From Oligoflexia bacterium (GTDB taxonomy: Bacteria > Bdellovibrionota > UBA1018), in the NCBI GenBank assembly GCA_963758495.1, contig CAVWVI010000001.1:514264-578263 (forward strand): a stretch of DNA of 64,000 bases, read 5' to 3'. This document shows positions 49,292 through 58,828 of this stretch, one piece after another. The notes beneath the pieces were generated by a model, which saw only the letters and a program-made list of their open reading frames with translations, ran no database searches and was not told the origin of the DNA. The stretch's first letter is position 1; each line of letters begins with the position of its first letter. Made by a program: the position numbers and the translations under genes.

Positions 49292-49973
49292 GTACGTCCT
49301 TCTTGAGATCCCTTTTCTGTTCTAAAATAGAAGTTTCTATCATTTCGGTAAGCTCTTCAGTATTGACCCGAATAGTCAAAACTAAAGTACTCCAACGGGT
49401 TTGAAAAGCATTAAAAGCCATCACGGAAATCACTGCGACTACAATACCTCCCGCTGTGGCCACCAACGATTCCGATATTCCAGCAGCAACAACAGCAAAC
49501 CCACCTGAGCCCGTCTTTGCCATCTCTTGAAAAGATCGTAAAATACCCACCACAGTACCAAAAAGACCAATAAAGGGGGCTGAGCTTCCTATCGTTCCTA
49601 AAACCCACAAGTACTGGCGCAGCTCTGAATTGAGCATTTGGCGTTTTCTCTCTAATGCTTCGAGCCAATGATTGCGGAGTCGTGAATCTTTCGAATTCAG
49701 TCGTTCTAACGCAACCATCAAAAGCCTAGCGGTGGGAAGTTCAGAGTTTTGATGACAAAGGCCACGTAACGCATCCAAGTCACTTCTCAGCAGCGTATTA
49801 ATCGCTTCCATATGAAAAGATTTGAGATGATGTCCCAGGCGCCTATACGTCCAAAGTCGCTCAAAAATGATAGCCCAAACCAAGAATGAGCAAATGACCA
49901 GTGGATACATTGTAAAGCCACCGCTCGTAACCAAGCCCCAGATATTTTGATTACTTAGAGTCTGTGTCGTCAT
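49281..49973 (-). CDS. exbB: MotA/TolQ/ExbB proton channel protein
   Basis: LGTIGSSAPFIGLFGTVVGI, GISESLVATAGG. Confidence 0.88.
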   Translation of the reverse strand: MTTQTLSNQNIWGLVTSGGFTMYPLVICSFLVWAIIFERLWTYRRLGHHLKSFHMEAINTLLRSDLDALRGLCHQNSELPTARLLMVALERLNSKDSRLRNHWLEALERKRQMLNSELRQYLWVLGTIGSSAPFIGLFGTVVGILRSFQEMAKTGSGGFAVVAAGISESLVATAGGIVVAVISVMAFNAFQTRWSTLVLTIRVNTEELTEMIETSILEQKRDLKKDVHGS

Positions 49974-50018
49974 ATATTCCTTGCAACCCTAACGAGGCAT
50001 TTTTACTATGTCAATCTT

Positions 50019-50990
50019 ATGAGCGAACGACCTCAAATAATTCGATTCTGGCACTTCAACTCTGTCTTGTATGTCTTTATAGGTCTCTTCATGGCAAACT
50101 GTACGGCGCCTCCCCCCGATTCAATTTCGACGTCTAACACCGAAACGTTGAAGGTGGGATCAAAACCCTTCAAATTAGATCCCCAAAAAATCAATCATCT
50201 GACTATTGCCAAATTCGATCCAACTACGGGCACCCAGTGGATAGCGGTCATGCACCATGAGCAAAAAAACTGGAAATTTTCATCATCGCCTCCAGATCAC
50301 CCTCTCTTAGATCCCTTTGCAAATGAGATTTTTATCGCTCACTTACTGGATACTCTTCAATCTCTCAAAATTAATGCTCCTGCTCCACGAGGGTCCCTCG
50401 AGTCTCTTGGATTAGATCCTCCCCAATTTGCAATTCGCTGGACTACTGAAAACACTGATTCAGAAATTCGCATTGGTTCCCCTTTGCGTGATGGCTCAGG
50501 GTATTATTTCACAAGAGATGGGGTTCAAAGTTTTGTAGCCAGTGGCTCAGTTTTTAAAATGTTGGGCCTCATTGACACCTTCGATTTTCTTCGTAAACGA
50601 ACTTGGACACTTCTTGCTGCTGATGAAGTGGATGAAATTCACCTTCGTGGTCCAGGGAAAAAAGCCATCTATGCACAACGAGAAGGAAGTCAGTGGACTG
50701 ATCAAGAACATCACACTGTAAAAAAGGAAATAGGAATTTTTTTAAATACTCTTGTCGCCTCCCAAGCTGAAAAATTTATTGATGACCCCATGGAAGCAAA
50801 GAAGCTTAAAAATTATGTACAATCCCGCCCTACCTATGACGTAAGCTTAAACGATCGATTCGGTAATAGCACATCATTTAAAATTAGAACTCTGGGGAGC
50901 CTTGTCTATGGTATTAACTCCTCTCGCCCCCAGGCAATTTGTAGCCTCAATCCAAAGATTCTTAAGGCTTTTGAAAAGGTGCAAGATTAG
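50019..50990 (+). CDS. DUF4340-like exported protein
   Basis: GLDPP...IRIGSP...YYF pattern; N-terminal hydrophobic segment with Cys. Confidence 0.6.
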   Translation: MSERPQIIRFWHFNSVLYVFIGLFMANCTAPPPDSISTSNTETLKVGSKPFKLDPQKINHLTIAKFDPTTGTQWIAVMHHEQKNWKFSSSPPDHPLLDPFANEIFIAHLLDTLQSLKINAPAPRGSLESLGLDPPQFAIRWTTENTDSEIRIGSPLRDGSGYYFTRDGVQSFVASGSVFKMLGLIDTFDFLRKRTWTLLAADEVDEIHLRGPGKKAIYAQREGSQWTDQEHHTVKKEIGIFLNTLVASQAEKFIDDPMEAKKLKNYVQSRPTYDVSLNDRFGNSTSFKIRTLGSLVYGINSSRPQAICSLNPKILKAFEKVQD

Positions 50991-51034
50991 GACTCCTTCC
51001 AGTGCTTGTCAACCGCCCTAAAGGAACTACTTAC
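50989..51034 (+). repeat. 46-bp dispersed repeat, copy A
   Basis: AGGACTCCTTCCAGTGCTTGTCAACCGCCCTAAAGGAACTACTTAC; 42/46 identical to 52845-52890. Confidence 0.9.
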
Positions 51035-51035
51035 T

Positions 51036-51722
51036 ATGAAACAAAAACTTGATAAAATAAGTAAACTCCAGCTGCAGACTATCATCTTTGATTTAGATGG
51101 GACTCTCATTGATACTGAGCCCTCAGCGGCTCTTGCTATTCAAGAATGCTTTTCGGAATGGGAAATGAATTTACAGAGTGAAGATGCATCCTTTGTCACT
51201 GGACGGACGTGGAACAGTGCCTTCTCCTATTTATTTAAGAAATACGCTATACCCATGCCCGAAGAGCAAGCTAAAAAGCGAATGATGGACTGTTATCGAA
51301 AAAAGTTAGAAGAAAATCTGACCATTGTTCCAGGAAGTATTAAAGCCGTTCAATCCTTGGCAGCAGACTATCCATTGGGATTGGTTTCTGGCTCTGGGCG
51401 CAGTGAAATTCTTTGGGCATTAAACAAGCTCCAGATTCAAAACCACTTTAAAATTATACTTGGAGCAGAGGACTATGCTCAAAGCAAACCTAATCCAGAC
51501 GGGTACTTGAAAGCTCTCACATCACTTCAAATGCCTCCTGAATCTTGTCTAGTCTTTGAAGATTCGACAGCAGGAATTACCTCTGCACGATCGGCAGGAA
51601 CTTGGGTGGTCGCAATTACATCCACCAATCATTTCAGGCAAGATATTTCTAAAGCCCATTTTAAAATTCCTGACCTCACCGAAGTCACGCCCGATTGGAT
51701 TCGTAATCTTTCATTCGACTGA
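51036..51722 (+). CDS. HAD-superfamily phosphatase
   Basis: FDLDGTLID, KPNPD, VFEDS; ATG at 51036 preferred over TTG at 51006. Confidence 0.9.
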   Translation: MKQKLDKISKLQLQTIIFDLDGTLIDTEPSAALAIQECFSEWEMNLQSEDASFVTGRTWNSAFSYLFKKYAIPMPEEQAKKRMMDCYRKKLEENLTIVPGSIKAVQSLAADYPLGLVSGSGRSEILWALNKLQIQNHFKIILGAEDYAQSKPNPDGYLKALTSLQMPPESCLVFEDSTAGITSARSAGTWVVAITSTNHFRQDISKAHFKIPDLTEVTPDWIRNLSFD

Positions 51723-51761
51723 AATAAAAACCTATGTCATGTTAACTAGTAGGAGATTATT

Positions 51762-52223
51762 ATGAATATTATTTCTAAATTTACCTTAGGATTAACCGCC
51801 CTCAGCCTTATTGCTGTGGGCTGCACTAAAAAAAGCGAAACAACAGATCAAATTCAAACTTCAGGAGCACCCCAAATGATTGAAAAACCAGGCGCGGGAG
51901 GAAAATTAGAAATGAATGATCTAAAAACAGGCACAGGCAATGAAGCTACACCCGGAAAAACAGTGACCGTTCACTACACAGGCTTATTGACTGATGGAAA
52001 GAAATTTGACTCTTCGCTTGATAGAAATCAGCCATTCGTATTCAAGCTGGGCGCAGGTCAGGTGATTCCTGGTTGGGACAGCGGCATCGTTGGAATGAAA
52101 GTGGGCGGCAAAAGAAAATTAACCATCCCTCCTCAACTTGCTTACGGGAGCAGAGGAGCAGGAAATGTCATCCCTCCTGACTCCACGTTAGTATTTGAAG
52201 TCGAACTCTTGGATGTTAAATAA
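51762..52223 (+). CDS. FKBP-type peptidyl-prolyl isomerase (lipoprotein)
   Basis: Lipobox [30 protein letters not shown]. Confidence 0.95.
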   Translation: MNIISKFTLGLTALSLIAVGCTKKSETTDQIQTSGAPQMIEKPGAGGKLEMNDLKTGTGNEATPGKTVTVHYTGLLTDGKKFDSSLDRNQPFVFKLGAGQVIPGWDSGIVGMKVGGKRKLTIPPQLAYGSRGAGNVIPPDSTLVFEVELLDVK

Positions 52224-52249
52224 ATATTATCTTTACAATGGAGAATAAA

Positions 52250-52477
52250 ATGGAAAATACTGAAAACTTGAACACAACGACTACCCATGAGGGTGCTTCC
52301 GAGTCCTTAATCGTTGCTTCTAAGTTAAAAAACTACATCCGCTCAAAATCCGGAATGAATACTTCTGGAGCAGTGATAGACGCATTGTCTGCTAAAGTGC
52401 GACAGCTTTGTGATCAAGCGATTGAAAATGCAAAGCAAGAGGGTCGCAAAACGGTCATGGACCGGGACTTTGGGTGA
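52250..52477 (+). CDS. Bacterial histone-fold protein, Bd0055-like (alternative start 52238)
   Basis: LIVASKLKNYI...GMNTS...A..EGRKTVMDRDF; RKTV...D is the histone-fold L2/alpha3 signature; GGAG precedes ATG 52250. Confidence 0.9.
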   Translation: MENTENLNTTTTHEGASESLIVASKLKNYIRSKSGMNTSGAVIDALSAKVRQLCDQAIENAKQEGRKTVMDRDFG

Positions 52478-52845
52478 GCAAACCTCAGCTACAAGCTCTT
52501 TTCCGAAATATTGGGGGTGCAGATCAGCTTAAAAAGATTCTCCGTGATTTCTATCATCGAATGTCGGAGGATATTTTAATTGGCTATTTCTTCACTGGCA
52601 AAGATACAAACTCGATTGCTGATAAGCAGCAAGAATTCTTAATGTTTGCCATGGGGGCAAAATCTACTTACGAAGGTAAGTCCCCCACCTCTGCTCACCT
52701 CGATTTGCCTCCCATTTTGGCCGGGCACTTTGATAGACGCCTGGTCATCCTTAGAGAAACGCTTAAAGACCATGGATTAAGCGATAAGGATATACGAACT
52801 TGGATTGAGTTTGAAGCCGCATTCCGAAACGTCGTCCAAAAATAA
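52474..52845 (+). CDS. Group 1 truncated haemoglobin
   Basis: LFRNIGG, FYHRM...FF, YEGK...AH, HF; GTGA overlap with the histone stop. Confidence 0.85.
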   Translation: MSKPQLQALFRNIGGADQLKKILRDFYHRMSEDILIGYFFTGKDTNSIADKQQEFLMFAMGAKSTYEGKSPTSAHLDLPPILAGHFDRRLVILRETLKDHGLSDKDIRTWIEFEAAFRNVVQK

Positions 52846-52890
52846 GGACTCCTTGCAGTTCTTGTCAACAACCCTAAAGGAACTACTTAC
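52845..52890 (+). repeat. 46-bp dispersed repeat, copy B
   Basis: AGGACTCCTTGCAGTTCTTGTCAACAACCCTAAAGGAACTACTTAC. Confidence 0.9.
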
Positions 52891-52892
52891 GA

Positions 52893-54038
52893 TTAAACAA
52901 AGTCTCCTCGCTTGATTTTCTCCACTATAATTTTTTCAGGCATCGTAGGATCACGCGGATCCACTGTAAAAAAAGCTTGCTGTTCACAACGGCGCTTATT
53001 CTCAAGTAGCCACTTCAAGATTTGAGTTAAACCTTTATTTCGGCGGTCATGAAAAAATGGATCATTATTCATGGCATCTTGCGCCTTCTTGAGCGCTCGA
53101 ACTTCTTGCGCGTCATTTTCCTTCACAGGATAATCATTCAGATCATACTTCTTAATATCTCCAGGTAAGACCCCTAAGAACCGGACATCGGGAGCAGAAT
53201 AATCTGAGTTACGAATCAAGCTTGCAGCAGAACCTGCTTTTAAAGTACGAAAAATATTTTGCATCGTGTATGCGTCGAGATCCCCGAAGAAATAAAGAGG
53301 CACACTGAGCTGATCTTGAATGAGTTTACACCACCCTCGAACGGCATTCGAGGGAACACCCTGAGCACCCATTAAAATACAGGAATGACGCTTGGTAAAT
53401 CCATTGGCAACCAAAGTATTTGCAGTACCTTCGGATTCCACTACCAAACAAAAATCAATTTTCTTTTTACTGGATAGTCTTAAGTTTTGAGGACGGTTTT
53501 TGGGCTGAAAAGGTGACGTACCCAACTTCGCTAATTCAATCACCGCTTTCTCGCCATCAGGCAAAGTTTCAGTGACTACAAGCTGTTGCGAATAAGTCTG
53601 ACCCCCTCGATCATTTGCATAACAGTTGAGTTCTTCCCGGTAACACTCAAGCATTTCACAGATAAAATCAATGATTTCATCTGACTCATCTTGATCAGCA
53701 AAATCCAAAGGTTTGAGGGCAGCATTATGCTTAATTTCACCTTTGCTAATATAATAAAGCTCACGCTTTGTATTGACGGCCCCCGTATCGATATTACGAA
53801 GAACAACTTCTAACATAAAGATGGCTCGAGACATTTTTTTTACTGAGCTCACATTCAATTCGGTCGCCACCTTTTTTGAACCCGGTGTGAGATAGCCATT
53901 TTTATGGTTGTAAATTGCATTATCCAATGAACATTTTGTCGCATAGAGAACGGGTCGTTTAGCCCGCTCCAAGTCCAGAAGTAATCTATTACAAAGTTCT
54001 TTACTCAATTTTGGAATGGTTTGATCTGTGCTAGCCAT
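52893..54038 (-). CDS. top6A: DNA topoisomerase VI subunit A
   Basis: Catalytic-Tyr motif TKRELYY, TOPRIM VVESEG and GDLD, EQQAF. Confidence 0.92.
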   Translation of the reverse strand: MASTDQTIPKLSKELCNRLLLDLERAKRPVLYATKCSLDNAIYNHKNGYLTPGSKKVATELNVSSVKKMSRAIFMLEVVLRNIDTGAVNTKRELYYISKGEIKHNAALKPLDFADQDESDEIIDFICEMLECYREELNCYANDRGGQTYSQQLVVTETLPDGEKAVIELAKLGTSPFQPKNRPQNLRLSSKKKIDFCLVVESEGTANTLVANGFTKRHSCILMGAQGVPSNAVRGWCKLIQDQLSVPLYFFGDLDAYTMQNIFRTLKAGSAASLIRNSDYSAPDVRFLGVLPGDIKKYDLNDYPVKENDAQEVRALKKAQDAMNNDPFFHDRRNKGLTQILKWLLENKRRCEQQAFFTVDPRDPTMPEKIIVEKIKRGDFV

Positions 54039-55702
54039 TAGACATTATTCTCCGTAACGATAAGTTCTTCAGGATTTGCTTCTTTATGAGCTTCAAGAAC
54101 CGCATGAGCTTGATCCAGTTCTTTTTTAGTAATATGAGCATCACGTCCTAGAATTTTAACTAACCCTTCTTCGGCTTTCTTTTTACGAGCTAAAGAAGCT
54201 TGAGTGAGGCGACATAATCCTTCTATTAAAATAGGACAAAATTGTTCAATATGGCGAATCTTTTCCTCCAGCTCATTAGCCTTGTGCTCACGACGAATGT
54301 GCTTGGAAAGTTTTTGACCCGCTTGAATTAAGGCCCTCCGAATTTCTTCTATCAGCTCATCTGATCCATCAATAGTTTCCTTCGAGGCATTTTTAAATTT
54401 AATAAAGGGAGAAACGACACTCACAGCAATAATAAATGGGCCTTGTGGAATTGAATTTTTTGGTTGAACTAAACCGTACGCCCGCCAGTTGACAGATTCA
54501 ATTGCATGAACAATCGCACAAGAGGCTTTATCAAACTGCAGTGGCACTCGATTAGCAAAGCGTAGAATCTGTACTGATGATTCAGACTCAACCGATTTCT
54601 CTTCAAGTCTCGCCACTGCAACTTCAATCTGTACAGGTTTGAAATCACAGATGGCTGGCTTACGGGAAACTACCGCAAAAAAATCAACTGCGCCTAAACG
54701 TTTGATGCTCTTTGCAAAACCATCCTCTCCAATTGAAAGTACAGATTTTGTAGAGGGTGCCATGAGCTTCAAATTTTGAATCGCAATAAAAAGCTCTTTA
54801 AATTGGGCATCTCCTAACGAATCCACCGATTTTTCCAAAACCCCTTTTAAAACTCCTCCTGCAACCAAATCATTCAAAACCCCTTCGTGTACTCTGGAAA
54901 ATCCTTTTTTTAACCACTGATTCACCTTTACACGACCAAAAAGGTGAGAATGAGCAATAAACTCTCCTAACTTCATCGTATGTGGGTGAGGCTCAACGGC
55001 TTCTGGAATTTCTGGAATTTGCTGACTGACTCGAGCGATGGTATGGGCTTCAAGCTCGGGAACTTTATAATGCAACGTTAAATGCGGATTCACCAAAGTC
55101 GTTCCGCTGAGGTAATTTAACAACCCGGCCTCACCATTTAACTGGATGCGGCCATCTACTAAGAACTCAACTGTAGTTCCATGAGGACGATTCCAATCTA
55201 TCGTCTCTCGATCTTTAATGATACCTTTGTTATTTCTAATATCCACTTCGACGATACAAGAAACCGCTTTTCTCATGGACTTGGTCTTGGTGATGACACG
55301 AGCACCCGTCGCACTGGTCAACTGTGCCCACGTCGTTGCCGCTGAAATTCCAATTCCTTGCTGACCCCGAGAACAGCGACCCTTTCCAAATTTTGAGGAA
55401 GCTAAATACTCACCAAAAACCTTGGGAATATCGTCTGGATCAATTCCAGGTCCATTATCTTCAACTCGAATACGGATTTGGTCCGAGTTTTTAAGAGATC
55501 CAGACCCCACCTTCTCAATCAGTACACCCACCTCAGGGAGGATTCCAGCTTCTTCACAAGCATCAAGCGAGTTATCAATCGCTTCTTTCAATGTTGTGAG
55601 AATTGCTTTTGTCTGAGACGAAAAGCCGACTTGTTGTAAATTTTTAGAAAAGTACTCCGCAGTACTACTCGTAGTAATCTTGCTGGTTGCTTGCTTTGCC
55701 AT
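54038..55702 (-). CDS. top6B: DNA topoisomerase VI subunit B
   Basis: GHKL motifs KEAIDNSLDACE, EDNGPG, SRGQQGIGIS; RFANRVPL, SKETI. Confidence 0.95.
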   Translation of the reverse strand: MAKQATSKITTSSTAEYFSKNLQQVGFSSQTKAILTTLKEAIDNSLDACEEAGILPEVGVLIEKVGSGSLKNSDQIRIRVEDNGPGIDPDDIPKVFGEYLASSKFGKGRCSRGQQGIGISAATTWAQLTSATGARVITKTKSMRKAVSCIVEVDIRNNKGIIKDRETIDWNRPHGTTVEFLVDGRIQLNGEAGLLNYLSGTTLVNPHLTLHYKVPELEAHTIARVSQQIPEIPEAVEPHPHTMKLGEFIAHSHLFGRVKVNQWLKKGFSRVHEGVLNDLVAGGVLKGVLEKSVDSLGDAQFKELFIAIQNLKLMAPSTKSVLSIGEDGFAKSIKRLGAVDFFAVVSRKPAICDFKPVQIEVAVARLEEKSVESESSVQILRFANRVPLQFDKASCAIVHAIESVNWRAYGLVQPKNSIPQGPFIIAVSVVSPFIKFKNASKETIDGSDELIEEIRRALIQAGQKLSKHIRREHKANELEEKIRHIEQFCPILIEGLCRLTQASLARKKKAEEGLVKILGRDAHITKKELDQAHAVLEAHKEANPEELIVTENNV

Positions 55703-55756
55703 GAGCGGATTCAATCAAAGTTTCGACTTGTCTGTCAATGTGTAAACGTCACTGAT

Positions 55757-56824
55757 TTATAAGGGATCCGAATTATCGGGATTTTCCTCAGAATGAGTGA
55801 GCATTTTTACTGTAAAAATAAAAAGCGCCGCTAGTATTGGGCCTAAAAAAACACCTAAAAACCCCAGGGTTTGCAAGCCACCAAAGGCTGCAACAAATGC
55901 GAGAAGAGGATGAAGATTAGCTGAACCCTTCAAAAACCAAGGCCGTACGGTATTATCTACGGCCATAATCACTACGACCATAATCAAAAGTATAATACCT
56001 GCGATTTCATTTCCTTCAATCAGCTGCTGAAGTGCGACCCCTAGCGTAATGGGCACAGATCCGACAATTGGAATAAAAGAGCCCACAAACACCAATAATC
56101 CAATAAAACCGGCATTAGGCACTCGAACCAACACACAAGCTATGAGTTCAAAGACTGCTTGCAATGCTCCTGAAATCAAAGCGGCCAAGATCACAGACCT
56201 ACACATTTCCGCTACAGTAGAAATCAGTTGATCCGTTTGGGAAGAGGTAAAAATTGAATTGGTACGAAAAAAATGAATCAGCTTTCTCCCATCCATCAAA
56301 AAGAAATAAACACTCACGACCACCAAAGCCAGGGCCATGGCCAATCCAGGCAAATGAGAGAGTGCTCCACCCAAAAATTCTGCTAACTTTCCGCCTATAC
56401 TTCCTGCTAATTCTTGAAAAGTATCCGTGAGACCCGCCATATTCATGGGAACACGCTTACTGACCCAGAGCATGACACCATGAATTTTAGGCAAACTCAT
56501 GAGCGTGTTTAAAATACCACCGTCATAAATCGAAGGGTATTTCCACGTTTGAATCTGCTGAAATCCTGTTCTAGCCGCTGAAAAGATTAAAAGGGTAGAC
56601 GGCAAGATCAAGGCGACGGTAATGATAAAAGTCAAAAGAACAGATCCAACTCTATGAGAAACTTTTCTCTTTTCGAGACGCTCAAGCCATGGCCAGAATA
56701 AAACAGCAAGAACGCCGCCCATGGCTATAGGGAAAACTAAAGAGGATGCGACATAAATAAAAGCAATCGCTACCAGACTTGCAAATATCTTACGCCCTAA
56801 AGTTCTGTCCGATTCGTCTGTCAG
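55757..56824 (-). CDS. AI-2E family transporter (probable CTG start at 56824; first ATG at 56722)
   Basis: YFFLMDG, FIPIVG, DNTVRP, LHPLL, GG...GFLGVFLGP. Confidence 0.85.
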   Translation of the reverse strand: MTDESDRTLGRKIFASLVAIAFIYVASSLVFPIAMGGVLAVLFWPWLERLEKRKVSHRVGSVLLTFIITVALILPSTLLIFSAARTGFQQIQTWKYPSIYDGGILNTLMSLPKIHGVMLWVSKRVPMNMAGLTDTFQELAGSIGGKLAEFLGGALSHLPGLAMALALVVVSVYFFLMDGRKLIHFFRTNSIFTSSQTDQLISTVAEMCRSVILAALISGALQAVFELIACVLVRVPNAGFIGLLVFVGSFIPIVGSVPITLGVALQQLIEGNEIAGIILLIMVVVIMAVDNTVRPWFLKGSANLHPLLAFVAAFGGLQTLGFLGVFLGPILAALFIFTVKMLTHSEENPDNSDPL

Positions 56825-57447
56825 ACTGTCCTCTCTTTTTTAGCATTCACATCTTCCAATGTACCAAAAACATAATCCCAAATGGGTGAACTCACTCCCC
56901 ACCGAGAATTAGGGCTCACATAATGGTGCTGCATATGGCTCTGTTTAAGAAATTTACCTAAACGAGTTCTAGGCTTGAAATGATGAACTGAAAAATGAAT
57001 ATAATCGTAACAAAGATAGCCCAACAGAAAAAAACCAAAAAAGGGCTCTACCCAAATAGGGCCTAAAATACAGCGAAAAGCAGTGTATAAAATAACAGCT
57101 AGAAAAATACTTGCAGTAGGCGGCATCACTAATCGAGTCGGATCGATTGGATCAGAATGATGCAAACCATGAATTAAAAAATGGATCCTTTGTCCTATAC
57201 GGCTGTCTGCGTCATAATGAAATACAAATCTATGTAGAATATACTCTACCCACGTCCAGAAAGTAAATCCAGCAACACCCATTGACGCCATTTGATAAAA
57301 GTTTAATTGAAACTCGACCACTGAATGCCAAATGAACCACACAGTTATGGGCAACCACAACACCAAGGGGGTAATGGGGTGCACGTGAGTGAGTCTTTCC
57401 AAAAATGGATTTTTAAATACTTGGAGGCTTTTGTACGGCTTCTGCAT
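56821..57447 (-). CDS. Fatty-acid hydroxylase/sterol desaturase family protein (FA2H-like)
   Basis: His boxes EYILHRFVFH, HGLHH, YDYIHFSVHH, HMQHH; RLVMPP; WDYVFGT. Confidence 0.9.
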   Translation of the reverse strand: MQKPYKSLQVFKNPFLERLTHVHPITPLVLWLPITVWFIWHSVVEFQLNFYQMASMGVAGFTFWTWVEYILHRFVFHYDADSRIGQRIHFLIHGLHHSDPIDPTRLVMPPTASIFLAVILYTAFRCILGPIWVEPFFGFFLLGYLCYDYIHFSVHHFKPRTRLGKFLKQSHMQHHYVSPNSRWGVSSPIWDYVFGTLEDVNAKKERTV

Positions 57448-57511
57448 ATACAGTGCATCTTACAACCCTAAGGATTGTCAGGCAATCATTGTTATGCTAG
57501 TTCCTACTTAA

Positions 57512-58723
57512 ATGGCAAATGAACTTATCTGGTTTATCTTGACTTGGATCGCCGGGATAGCGATCCAAGTGATCTTATTTTATGTATGGCTTCGATCCTT
57601 TTCCAGGCGCACAAATCCTTTTCAAATCTCAAACAACCTGTCGGAATTATTACAAAAACCCCTTATGGATGTGACTGAAAGGGTAATCCGAGTCAACGCA
57701 GAAATGAGGGAGTCCATCACAGAGCGTTTAGGTAAACATTTCTTAGACACCCAGGAACGTCTGGATCGCACCCTTTCCCAGAGTCGTCAAGAACTCCAAG
57801 CTGGACTCATCGCCTCTACCCAATCTTTGGAAGTTAAGTTCCAATCCCTAGAAACCCAGGTAGGAATCAGGCTAGAGACTATTGGAAAAAATGTAGAATC
57901 AAAGTTAAATGAAAATCTGAAGGAAGGTTTTAAGCATTTTGAGAGAGTCCAACACCATTTACAAGCTGCAGAACTCAAATTAGCCTCCCTCAATACCGTA
58001 GGTCAATCGATCTCGGACTTAAATAGCCTTCTGAAACTTCCCCATCTTCGGGGTGGTTTTGGAGAAGCGATCTTAGAACGACTTTTAGCTGACTTTCTCC
58101 CCATCACTGCTTATGAACTTCAGTACTCTATTATCCCTGACGGTGGAGAACGGGTAGATGCAGTCATTAAATTAAACAATCAGGTCCTCCCCATTGATAG
58201 TAAATTTCCAAGAGAACAGGTACTCCCTCTTTTTGAGTCGAATGATCCTACCTCTCTAGAGACTGCGCGAAAGACTCTTTCTGAAGTGATTCGTGCTCAA
58301 GCCAAATCGATCTCACAGAAATATATTCGACCCGAACATGGCACGACGGATATGGCACTCCTCTTTTTGCCAAGCGAAACCTTGTATTTTGAAGTCACAC
58401 GAAATGGAGTGCTGTTCGAAGCGCTCGTGAAATTAAAAGTTTTCCCCGTTTCTCCTAATACTCTTGCCATTTCTTTGCGATCCGTTGCCATCGCTCAAGA
58501 ATATTATACAATGGCTAAGGGGGTCGAAAAAACAATTGAAGACATTAAAAAAGCCCGTCGCCACTTTGATCACTTCGGAAAAAAATTTGAAGAAGTCGGT
58601 AAAGGTCTAAAGAAAGCTCAAGAAGCTTTTGACACGGCAAATACTCACCTTGGAAACTATGAAAGCAGTATTTTTAAATTGACGGGTGAGACGACGGAGC
58701 TGCCTCAAAAGGAACTACTTTAA
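57512..58723 (+). CDS. rmuC: DNA recombination protein RmuC
   Basis: N-terminal TM + coiled coil, RGGFGE, IDSKFP, KYIRP, FLPSE, SPNT. Confidence 0.9.
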   Translation: MANELIWFILTWIAGIAIQVILFYVWLRSFSRRTNPFQISNNLSELLQKPLMDVTERVIRVNAEMRESITERLGKHFLDTQERLDRTLSQSRQELQAGLIASTQSLEVKFQSLETQVGIRLETIGKNVESKLNENLKEGFKHFERVQHHLQAAELKLASLNTVGQSISDLNSLLKLPHLRGGFGEAILERLLADFLPITAYELQYSIIPDGGERVDAVIKLNNQVLPIDSKFPREQVLPLFESNDPTSLETARKTLSEVIRAQAKSISQKYIRPEHGTTDMALLFLPSETLYFEVTRNGVLFEALVKLKVFPVSPNTLAISLRSVAIAQEYYTMAKGVEKTIEDIKKARRHFDHFGKKFEEVGKGLKKAQEAFDTANTHLGNYESSIFKLTGETTELPQKELL

Positions 58724-58828
58724 GCGTACAAGGGCATACTTTATAAAGCCGAGCGCTATTGACCCCTCATGATAACTTCCCACCCACTTAAATTGATGAT
58801 AGTTACTTTACATAAGTGGAGGGACGTA

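Noticed and set aside
48803..52890. 46-bp repeats as a CRISPR array or prophage att sites
   Set aside because: Copies are ~2 kb apart and separated by ordinary genes; there are no cas, integrase or phage genes.
52893..54038. Eukaryotic Spo11 or archaeal contamination
   Set aside because: It is paired with top6B in a bacterial-type gene context, and Topo VI is known in some bacteria.
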